A stretch of DNA of 64,000 bases from Bugula neritina (taxonomy: Eukaryota > Animalia > Bryozoa). The notes under the pieces are model-generated. The model was not told the DNA's origin, ran no database searches, and saw only the letters and a list, made by a program, of their open reading frames with translations. The stretch covers positions 6,987,929 through 7,051,928 of the forward strand of contig OZ037769.1 of NCBI GenBank assembly GCA_964035545.1, written 5' to 3'. A program made the translations under genes and the position numbers. Below, piece after piece: positions 37,001 to 49,000 of this stretch (its first letter is position 1; every line of letters starts with the position of its first letter).

Positions 37001-40000
37001 TTGCCATTCTCTCCTTTGACTCCCTTATCACCTCCTTCTCCTTTGACGCCTTTAAATCCACTACTTCCTTTCTTCCCTTCACTTCCTTTAACTCCCTGCT
37101 CACCTTTTTGGCCAGTAGTGCCTTTGTCTCCTTTGTTACCTGCATTTCCTTTGACTCCCTTATTTCCAAATTCACCTTTAACTCCTTTCTCACCTTCACT
37201 CCCTTTGAAACCTTGGTCACCAAATTCACCTTTGTTACCTTTTGCTCCTTTAAGGCCTTCTTCACCTTTTTGGCCAGTATTACCCTCTTCTCCTTTGTCA
37301 CCAACCTCACCTTTAGTCCCTTTATTACCAGCAATGCCTTTGGCTCCTTTGCTACCTTGCATGCCTTTAATACCTTTACTGCCGGTTTCTCCTTTGTTGC
37401 CCATTGTTCCTTTGAGTCCCTTTTCACCTTTAAATCCACCCATGCCTTTATTTCCTTTAGCACCATTCTCACCTTTTCCCCCTTTAATCCCCACTTCACC
37501 TTTGGTTCCCTTGTCACCTTGATTGCCTTTAATACCTTTGTTACCAGTTTCTCCTTTATGCCCTTGGTTTCCTTTAACTCCCTTGTCACCTTGAAGACCA
37601 TTTTCTCCCTTCTCTCCTTTTTGACCTTCAATACCTTTAGCTCCTTTATCACCAACTTCACCTTTATCTCCCACATTACCTTCATCTCCTTTGACTCCTT
37701 TAAATCCACTACTTCCTTTATTCCCTTCACTTCCTTTAACTCCCTGTTCACCTTTTTGGCCAGTAGTGCCTTTGTCCCCTTTGTGACCAGTATCTCCTTT
37801 AACTCCCCTATTTCCAATTTCACCTTTGACTCCTTTCTCACCTTCACTCCCTTTATTACCTTTTTCACCAAATTCACCCTTGGTCCCTTTGGTACCTTTA
37901 AAGCCCGTTTCACCTTTAAACCCAATGGAGCCTTTATTTCCTTCACCACCTTTATTTCCTTTAGTACCTGTATTTCCTGTTTCACCTTTTTGTCCTTTGC
38001 TACCTTGCATGCCGTTGGTGCCTTTACTGCCAGTTTCACCTTTGTCACCCATCGTTCCTTTGCTACCCTTTTCACCTTTAAAGCCACCCATTCCCTTATT
38101 ACCATTTTCCCCTTTTTCTCCTTTAAAGCCCATTTCACCTTTTTGTCCGTCAAGACCTTTATTGCCTTGTTCACCTTTATTGCCCTTTTGTCCATTGGTA
38201 CCTTTACTACCTTCAATTCCTTTTTCTCCATCACTTCCTTTACTTCCCTTTCCACCTTTAACACCATCCATCCCAGTGTTTCCTTTATTGCCTTTGACCC
38301 CTTCAATACCTTGTTCACCTTTATCACCTTCAACTCCTTTAAAACCTTGAATACCTTTGGACCCTTTCTCACCAGTATCTCCTTTATGCCCTTTACTTCC
38401 TTTAAGTCCTTTTTCACCATTTGAACCTTTACTTCCTTGTTCTCCCTTTTGACCTTTTTCTGCTTTAACACCTTTCTCTCCGGTGTCACCTTTAACTCCT
38501 TTAGCACCCTGTTTACCCATAAAACCTTTGTTACCATTTTCTCCTTTAAATCCCATGTTTCCTTTAATGCCTGTTTCACCTTTATTTCCGTTGTCACCTT
38601 TTTGTCCTTTCTGGCCTGTCTCACCCTTAAACCCTTTATTGCCAATTTCTCCTTTAATTCCTTTATCTCCTTGATTTCCTTTATTCCCATTTTCACCAAT
38701 TTCACCTTTGTGCCCCTTTTCTCCTTTATCGCCTTTCTGGCCTTTGAAACCTTCAAATCCTTTGCTGCCTTTGAGACCCGTTTCACCTTTGCCTCCTTTA
38801 TTTCCACTCTCACCTTTGATGCCTTTATTACCATCATCACCTGTAAAGCCTTTAAAGCCAATTTCTCCTTTATATCCTTGGGTTCCTTTAAATCCTGTCT
38901 CTCCTTTCTGGCCATCACTGCCCTTTTCTCCCTTATCACCCTTTTCTCCATTGATTCCTTTATTGCCATTTGTTCCTTTAATTCCTTTATCTCCTTGACT
39001 GCCTTTAATTCCTTTGTTTCCTTTATTACCTTCCTGTCCTTTGACTCCCTTATTACCTGCTTCACCTTTGAGTCCATTCTCACCTTGTCCACCCTTGTGT
39101 CCTTTTTCACCCTTGGCACCTGTGTCACCTTTTTTCCCCATGACTCCTTTGTTGCCGTTGCTTCCCTTAGCCCCTTTGTTGCCATCATCTCCCTTATTAC
39201 CAACCATTCCTTTATTTCCTTTTTCTCCCTTAGACCCATCTTCACCTTTACTACCAAACATTCCTTTAACGCCTTTAGTTCCTTGCTCTCCTTTTGTTCC
39301 TTTGTTACCACCATCACCCTTATTGCCTTTGTTCCCATCTTCTCCTTTAAATCCATTTTCTCCTTTACCACCTTTGAGTCCTTTTTGCCCTGTTTCTCCT
39401 TTATTTCCTTTGAACCCTTCTTCCCCTTTATTGCCTTTAAACCCTGTATTTCCTTTGAGGCCCTTTTCTCCTTTAATGCCTTTGCTGCCAGAAAATCCTT
39501 TATCTCCTCTCGGACCTTTTTGACCACTTTCTGCTTTGATTCCTTTAAATCCTTGAGTGCCTTTTTCACCTTTGGGCCCAATACTGCCTTTGATTCCTTT
39601 ATCACCCATTTGACCTTTACTACCTTTATTTCCTTGCTCTCCTTTAAATCCTTTTTGTCCATCAGTTCCTTTGGTACCCGTTTCTCCTTTATGACCTTTA
39701 GTTCCTTTTTCTCCTTCTTCACCTTTTGTGCCTTTCTCCCCATTATTTCCTTTATCACCGTTGATACCTTTATCACCAGCGTGACCCTTGATACCCTTTG
39801 GACCAACAGCTCCATCTTTACCTTTTGCACCACTCTCTCCTTTGTCACCTGCCATCCCTTTGTTTCCTTTTTGACCTGTGACACCCTCATCACCTTTGAA
39901 TCCTTTATCACCAAATTGCCCTTTAATTCCCATGTGACCTTTAATACCTTTAGCTCCCTTTTCACCTTTTTCACCAGTTTTGCCTTTAATGCCTTGATTG

Positions 40001-43000
40001 CCTTTAATCCCTTGCACACCCTTTTGACCAACTTCACCTTTAAGTCCCCTAGCTCCTTTTTCTCCTTTACATCCTTTGAGACCCCTTTCTCCTTTTTCGC
40101 CCACATTCCCTTTATTTCCTAGCATTCCTTTCTGCCCTTTAATACCTTTTATACCTTTCAAACCTGTTGCTCCAGTAGCGCCAACTTCTCCTTTAACACC
40201 TGTGCTTCCAGTAGGACCTAAAATACTTTAAGTTGTTAATTAAATAAAAAGCGCATTTTGTGCATAATATTTTATATAATATTATAATGTGCACTATGTC
40301 CTTTATACTAAAGTTACATACCTGTAAATCCTAGGCCACCTGAAAACATATAAATAAATATATAATATATATATTGCATATATATGAAACATTGAATGCA
40401 TAATGTGCAAGTTGTAAGTGGTGTGTATAAATTGTAAATGCGATAACTCATTATCAACTGCCATCATGCAGATATAATACATAAAATGGTTGCAAACTAG
40501 TGATTACTAATAAACAATCATAAAAAGAAAGTCATTTTTATTCTAAATTTATTATTGTATTTACTAGTTGAGATATCAACTCAAGGGTATTATCCAAAAT
40601 AAAGATAATTAAATTGAAGCTATTACTAATTGCATATATGGTTGCTACTAATTTTTATTGGGTTAGCTTCCATGTTGGTGAAATTGTTTTTCCTTATATG
40701 GATAACCTGGATGTCTTCTGAAAGTCATTATGTAATAGTTTTTAGTATAAATACATGTAACATGAGTTTAAAAATGGAGATAGCTAAGTCTAACGAACCA
40801 ATGTTTCAAAAACTCAACACTGCCTAAGTGGTGACTTCATTTATTTTGAGCTCTGTGCAGTTCTGATTCGCTTATTTTCTATTAATTACATGCAGCTAGC
40901 ATTTGATTTGATAAGGATTTTTAATATATACACTGGATTAGAGTTATATCAATAACCATGTGTTTAGCTGATGGTCAACAAATTAAGTTAGCCATGCAGT
41001 CTTTCTCTATGTTTGTCTGTTTTTGCTTTATGCTTTTCTTTGACTATTAAATATTTTATACATGCAGGCTTTGAAAATAATTTTGGCTATTATAGGGTTT
41101 GAACTTTACTTCCCAAATTGATTGGCAGTATATCAAACCCTATACTCGAAACATACACACTTACAAATTTCCATATATTAATTTATTCATGTGCATCATC
41201 TTTCTTTCTTGAGGCTGAACCTACTATTAGCTTTCTACCTAAAATTAGGTAAAAATTTATTTTTATACATTAGCCTAAAACTTTTCATCCTGATTCAATA
41301 ATTTAATTAAATGTAACCCCAACCTTTAGGTCCAGTAGCTCCGATTTCTCCTTTGACTCCCCATCCAGCGGGTCCTCTAAGACCTCGTACTCCCCGAGGT
41401 CCACGATCACCTTTTGGCCCAGGAGGGCCTGGCGGACCAGCAGGTCCTGGTTTACAGTAGCAAGGGTTCTCAGTGGTCTTTGCAGTTCCTCCCCAACCAG
41501 TAGGAGGGGTTGTATACGTCTCCGCTCTTTTCTCTCTTCTTAGCTGAAATAGGAATAAACCAAGTTAATTGTTTTAGTTTTAATTTTCTTTCAAAGTAAT
41601 TTTATTTTGCTTGGAAGTGTTACAAATCTCACCTCAACGCCAGTAAATGCCTTGGCTATTTGTTGGTTCAGGTTGTTTGTCTTATTCTCGACATGACCTA
41701 CTCTGTTGATTATCTCCACTTTCTGAGCCTCTGATATTTCAAGTTTGACTTGCAACTCATAGACTGTCTTTAAAAGTTGGACATAAAACACCCCAAGAGT
41801 GGCCACTGCTCCCAGGACGAACAGACATAAAGTAAATTTTAGTATGGCAGTAGTGTTCTTGCTTTTCCCTGGCTTGAGGCTTGGTTCTACAAACCCTTTC
41901 TCCATGTTGTCTGTTGAAACCTAAAGCATAAGTTGGTTAGCTGTATACAGTGTTTTCTCTCTCTTCAAAATTCTGCAAGACCTTAGAGTTTAGTTCCATG
42001 TGACCTTCTGATCTATTTACTGCAGCTGACTGCCATTTTGAAAAGTTTTAATTTTCTGAACAGAAAGGACGTAGTTTTATTTATAATTATTAGGCTCAAT
42101 ATTATCTTACTATCGTGGTAGGTTACAGTTTCCTGTTGTAACACACATTACATTAAATATGCTAGCAGTTGTTTGAGTGTATTGAAGCGTAATATAGTCA
42201 TTTTATATTGCAATGCTGTATTCTATGTCCAACTTCAATATGTATTCTGATAAGAAGTGAACTGGGTTTACTCTGTTATTTGAAAAAGTCAAGGCGGTTG
42301 GAGATAATCAACAGAAACAGCACACCATTGATTATTAGAATAAACTCCATTAAACCCTAAATACTACAATAACAAACTAATAACAAAAGTTAAAATTTTA
42401 ATTTCCTAATTTTGTGAACTTATAATTTTTATTGACATATTTTTATAAGATCACCGTAAGAATAAAATAAGAAATTATTAATCCTAGGTTTTAAACTGTA
42501 GCATAGAAAATTAATAAGTGTGCCAGAATGTCACATTACACAAGTACTACAACATACCTGTTTGCTGGTGTCAGTGCAGAGTGTCTAACTTCCAGCTGCC
42601 TGTCACACTAAATATACAGTGGTGGATTTTTATAATGTTTTATAGGTCCATTATTTCAATTTGTCCTCGAATGCATTGCTGGTGTTTATAGCCTACCAAT
42701 GTGAAATTATCACGAAGGAAAGTTTGGTTATAGACAGCTTATGGTAGTTATTACACATTAAACATGATAATGTTGTTCAGCGTGCTATTAATAGTTTATT
42801 AGCAGCCTATGTTATTATATTATATTCATAGTTTGAGATGAATCAATTTTTTCAAGTCAAGATGCATATAGTTTAGAAATATGTTTTCAATTTAGTTTTG
42901 TTGACTACGTATCAATGTTTGACATTTAATCAAATGCAAACCAAGAGATTTGATTGACTTGGTTTTCTTGTTTGTCTGTGGAGATAAATATATCAAATTT

Positions 43001-46000
43001 TAGGGTTTCTTTCATTGACATGCAGCTTCATATCTCCCTTATGTAGCTCAACCTTTACACACACGCACACACGCATATCACTTTCATTCAGAAGATTAAT
43101 TGTATATTAACTTGTAGGGTGGTGAAATAGTGTTGCTCATGTAGCTGCATTTCAACGTAGCTGTTATATTTTACAGACAGACTTTGTGTCTGAGATGGTT
43201 GCCTTAATCTCTCAAGGCGTTCAGAGCTCTCAGTTCTCTCGTGCAGCTGGACATCCTGTCATCAGTTGGTTTCTTAAAACAAGAAGACCCATTGCAACAT
43301 CTAAACGTAGATTGAGAAGAGCTGTGTTATCTACAGCATTGCCCACCACTCTATCAACACCAAGTGTGTCCACAGTGTCTACAAATAGCACAGCTACTAC
43401 AACCAGCCCAGCTACAACAAATGGTACAATGTCTATAAATAGCACAGCTACTACAACCAGCCCAGTAACTACAGATAGTACAATGTCTATAAATAGCACA
43501 GCTACTACAACCAGCACAGCTACTACAGATAGTACAGTGTCTATAAATAGTACAGCTACTACAACCAGCACAGCCACTACAAATAGTACAGTGTCTATAA
43601 ATAGTACAGCTACTACAACCAGCCCAGTAACTACAAATGGTACAGTGTCTATAAATAGTACAGCTACTACGACCAGCACAGCTACTACAGATGTTACAGT
43701 GTCTATAAATAGCACAGCTACTACAACCGGCCCAGCTACTACAGATGGTACAGTGTCTACAAATAGCACAACTACTACAACCAGCCCAGTAACTACAAAT
43801 GGTACAGTGTCTATAAATAGTACAGCCACTACAACCAGCACAGCTACTACAGATGTTACAGTGTCTATAAATAGCACAGCTACTACAACCGGCCCAGCTA
43901 CTACAGATGGTACAGTGTCTACAAATAGCACAACTACTACAACCAGCCCAGCTACAACAAATGGTACAATGTCTATAAATAGCACAGCTACTACAACCAG
44001 CCCAGTAACTACAGATAGTACAATGTCTATAAATAGCACAGCTACTACAACCAGCACAGCTACTACAGATAGTACAGTGTCTATAAATAGTACAGCTACT
44101 ACAACCAGCACAGCCACTACAAATAGTACAGTGTCTATAAATAGTACAGCTACTACAACCAGCCCAGTAACTACAAATGGTACAGTGTCTATAAATAGTA
44201 CAGCTACTACGACCAGCACAGCTACTACAGATGTTACAGTGTCTATAAATAGCACAGCTACTACAACCGGCCCAGCTACTACAGATGGTACAGTGTCTAC
44301 AAATAGCACAACTACTACAACCAGCCCAGTAACTACAAATGGTACAGTGTCTATAAATAGTACAGCCACTACAACCAGCACAGCTACTACAGATGTTACA
44401 GTGTCTATAAATAGCACAGCTACTACAACCGGCCCAGCTACTACAGATGGTACAGTGTCTACAAATAGCACAACTACTACAACCAGCCCAGTAACTACAA
44501 ATGGTACAGTGTCTATAAATAGTACAGCTACTCCAACCAGCCCTGTAACTACAAATGGTACAGTGTCTATAAATAGCACAGCTACTACAACCAGCCCACC
44601 TACTACAGATAGTACAATGTCTACAAATAGCACAGCTACTACAACCAGCCCAGTAACTACAAATGGTACAGTGTCTATAAATAGTACAGCTACTACAACC
44701 AGCACAGCCACTACAAATAGTACAGTGTCTATAAATAGTACAGCTACTCTAACCAGCCCAGCTACTACAGATAGTACAGTGTCTATAAATAGTACAGCTA
44801 CTACAACCAACACAGAAACAACAAATAGTACAGTGTCTACAAATAGCACAGCTACTACAACCAGCACAGCTACTACAGATGTTACAGTGTCTATAAATAG
44901 TACAGCTACTCCAACCAGCCCAGCTACAACAGATAGTACAATGTCTATAAATAGCACAGCTACTACAACCAACCCAGCTACTACAGAAACTACAAATGGT
45001 ACAGTGTCTACGAATAGCACAGCTACTACAACCAGCCCAGTAACTACAAATGGTACAGTGTCCATAAATAGTACAGCTACTACAACCAGCACAGCTACTA
45101 CAGATAGTACAGTGTCTATAAATAGCACAGCTACTACAACCAGCCCAGTAACTACAAATGGTACAGTGTCTATAAATAGTACAGCTACTACAACCAGCAC
45201 AGCTACTACAGATGGTACAGTGTCTACAAATAGCACAACTACTACAACCAGCCCAGTAACTACAAATGGTACAGTGTCTATAAATAGTACAGCTACTACA
45301 ACCAGCACAGCTACTACAGATAGTACAGTGTCTATAAATAGCACAGCTACTACAACCAGCCCAGTAACTACAAATGGTACAATGTCTATAAATAGTACAG
45401 CTACTACAACCAGCACAGCCACTACAAATAGTACAGTGTCTATAAATAGCACAGCTACTACAACCAGCACAGCTACTACAGATAGTACAATGTCTATAAA
45501 TAGCACAGCTACTACAACCAACCCAGCTACTACAGAAACTACAAATGGTACAGTGTCTACGAATAGCACAGCTACTACAACCAGCCCAGTAACTACAAAT
45601 GGTACAGTGTCCATAAATAGTACAGCTACTACAACCAGCACAGCTACTACAGATAGTACAGTGTCTATAAATGGTACAGCTACTACAACCAGCACAGCTA
45701 CTACAGACGGTACAGTGTCTACAAATAGCACAACTACTACAACCAGCCCAGTAACTACAAATGGTACAGTGTCTATAAATAGTACAGCTACTACAACCAA
45801 CCCAGCTACTACAGAAACTACAAATGGTACAGTGTCTACGAATAGCACAGCTACTACAACCAGCCCAGTAACTACAAATGGTACAGTGTCTATAAATAGT
45901 ACAGCTACTACAACCAGCACAGCTACTACAGATGGTACAGTGTCTACAAATAGCACAACTACTACAACCAGCCCAGTAACTACAAATGGTACAGTGTCTA

Positions 46001-49000
46001 TAAATAGTACAGCTACTACAACCAGCACAGCTACTACAGATGGTGCAGTGTCTACAAATAGCACAACTACTACAACCAGCCCCGTAACTACAAATGGTAC
46101 AGTGTCTATAAATAGTACAGCTACTACAACCAGCACAGCTACTACAGATGTTACAGTGTCTATAAATAGTACAGCTACTCCAACCAGCCCAGCTACAACA
46201 GATAGTACAATGTCTATAAATAGCACAGCTACTACAACCAACCCAGCTACTACAGAAACTACAAATGGTACAGTGTCTACGAATAGCACAGCTACTACAA
46301 CCGGCCCAGCTACTACAGATGGTACAGTGTCTACAAATAGCACAACTACTACAACCAGCCCAGTAACTACAAATGGTACAGTGTCTATAAATAGTACAGC
46401 TACTACAACCAACCCAGTAACTACAAATGGTACAGTGTCTATAAATAGTACAGCTACTCCAACCAGCCCAGCTACAACAGATAGTACAATGTCTATAAAT
46501 AGCACAGCTACTACAACCAACCCAGCTACTACAGAAACTACGAATGGTACAGTGTCTACGAATAGCACAGCTACTACAACCGGCCCAGCTACTACAGATG
46601 GTACAGTGTCTACAAATAGCACAACTACTACAACCAACCCAGTAACTACAAATGGTACAGTGTCTATAAATAGTACAGCTACTACAACCAGCACAGCTAC
46701 TACAGATAGTACAGTGGCTACAAATAGCACAACTACTACAACCAGCACAGCTACTACAGATAGTACAGTGTCTATAAATAGCACAGCTACTACAACCAGC
46801 CCAGAAACTACAAATGGTACAGTGTCTATAAATAGTACAGCTACTACAACCAGCACAGCTACTACAGATAGTACAGTGTCTATAAATAGCACAGCTACTA
46901 CAACCAGCACAGAAACAACAAATGGTACAGTGTCTACAAATAGTACAGCTACTACAACCAGCCCAGAAACCACAAATGGTACAGTGTCTATAAATAGTAC
47001 AGCTACTACAACCAGCACAGCTACTACAGATAGTACAGTGTCTATAAATAGTACAGCTACTACAACCAGCATAGCTACTACAGATAGTACAGTGTCTATA
47101 AATAGTACAGCTACTACAACCAGCATAGCTACTACAGATAGTACAGTGTCTATAAATAGTACAGCTACTCCAACCAGCCCTGTAACTACTACTAGAGGAT
47201 TTACATCAACAATTCCTATTACAAGTTCAACATCTAACAGCACACTGTTCACTACTTCTTCAGACTTGGTTTCAAACATCACTCAGTCGTCAACATCTTC
47301 CACATCAAATACTACATCTATAATGTTCAACACTACCACTCTACTGCCAGCTGTTAACGTTACAGTGACGGCACCCACTAGTTCTTTCGCTCCAACATCC
47401 AATACTACAAGGCTATTTACGACAACGTCCAGCACATTGAATACTACGATCAAAACAACCCTTTTCACAACCCCAGATCTGAATAGCACATTGCCTTTTA
47501 ACACTACGCAGTCTTCGACTTCTTTTGCAAACTCCACATTGCCATCAACTACTCCTACAATCTCCGTATCCACCACCACATTACTGTCTAATTCCACAAC
47601 TCCGATAGCAACACCTACCACGCCAGCAAATTCTACTCAGTCAAACACAACGATGCCTTCAACTACTGCAGTACCGATGTTCAACAGCACTCTATCATCA
47701 ACAACTGAAGTATCAGCACCCAATACAACGTTGTCAACTTTAGGTACCACATTGTCTGGTACTACAGATGTAATGCCAAATAGTACACAATCAACAGAAC
47801 TAACAACAGGCTCTACTTCAATGTCAACTAATACTACAATTCAACCATCAAACAACACATCTACTTTGTCAACACTAACTTTTGAGTTAAACACTACAAC
47901 CGCTTCAACATTTACTTCTGATTCAACTGTAACTGTTGTGAAGTCCACTTTAAACACTAGTCTGTCAACTACCACCACTTTAAATACTAGTCTGTCAACT
48001 ACCACCACTTTAAACACGAGTCTCTCAACTACCACCGCTTTAAGCACTAGTCTCTCAACTAATACCACTCTACAACTAAATACTACACAGCTGACAACCT
48101 CAGCAAGCTCAACTCTGAACTCAACCCAGCTACCAACAACTACTACGGCTCCACCAAACAACACAACTCAACAATCAAACACTACCACCACATCCTTACC
48201 AACTAATAATACCTTTAACACCGAAACAGTTCCAACATCAAATGTCACATTGTCACCAAGTACGACATTGACAGCTCTATTAAACACTACACTTTCATCA
48301 TCAGCTGCTAATACAACTATTGTGCCAAACACAACGCTGCCATCAACCCCTAACACTCCTTCAACTCTAAACTCCACCATGCAACCAACAACAGTTATGA
48401 TTTCAACGCCGGACTCAACACTAAACACAACTGTGATTTCACCATCAAACGCAACGACAATGAGTTCTACTACAGATACAATCACCTCAGGTTCAACAGC
48501 GGCCACTATAAATTCAACAACCTCTACAGGTTCAGTTTCGAATACCACAGCACATTCTTCGACAGCTACCACTTTGCCAATTACCAGCTCTTTAAAACCT
48601 CCTACAAGTAAGAAACATTGTATTTGTTTTCAGTGCATTGTATTTTTTGCTCATTTTGTTTGCAGTTTCGTTGACTTCTTAAGTTGTTTATGTTAAAAAT
48701 CTGTTGTTTCAAGGCTGCATATAACTTTCTAGCAGGAAACCAACATAGTTACCTTTTATGTAAGTGGTTGTGTTGTTAGTGGTAGTTGCTGAGACTTATG
48801 ATACTGAGGGTAGTTATGAGCACTTATCTAGATGGTTAGTTTTTTCAACTATATTATTTAGCATCAGCTACGACGCCGATGTCAAACCCGATTGTTGTGA
48901 ACTCTGTCCCAGAAGTCCTTGTCAAGTTTGGAGTTCACTTTCTCTATAGAATTCCTAACAATACTTTTTATGATGAGCAAGATGGCTGGACAGGAAATCT

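Noticed and set aside
36483-40122. 1207-aa K/V/E alternative-frame ORF and the Phe/Pro/Leu-rich + strand ORFs
   Set aside because: Stop-free by-products of GGN-NNN-AAR collagen codons; only the Gly-X-Y frame fits the splice phases.
43230-47282. 1350-aa Val-rich minus-strand ORF (and the 47283-48572 ORFs)
   Set aside because: Antisense shadow of the Thr/Ser mucin repeat; no splice or domain context, whereas the + frame joins flanking dystroglycan exons.
43186-48696. Stand-alone 1836-aa mucin with a Cys/hydrophobic C-terminus
   Set aside because: It lacks a signal peptide, begins after an acceptor (43176) and has a donor at 48608; the apparent tail is intron read-through.
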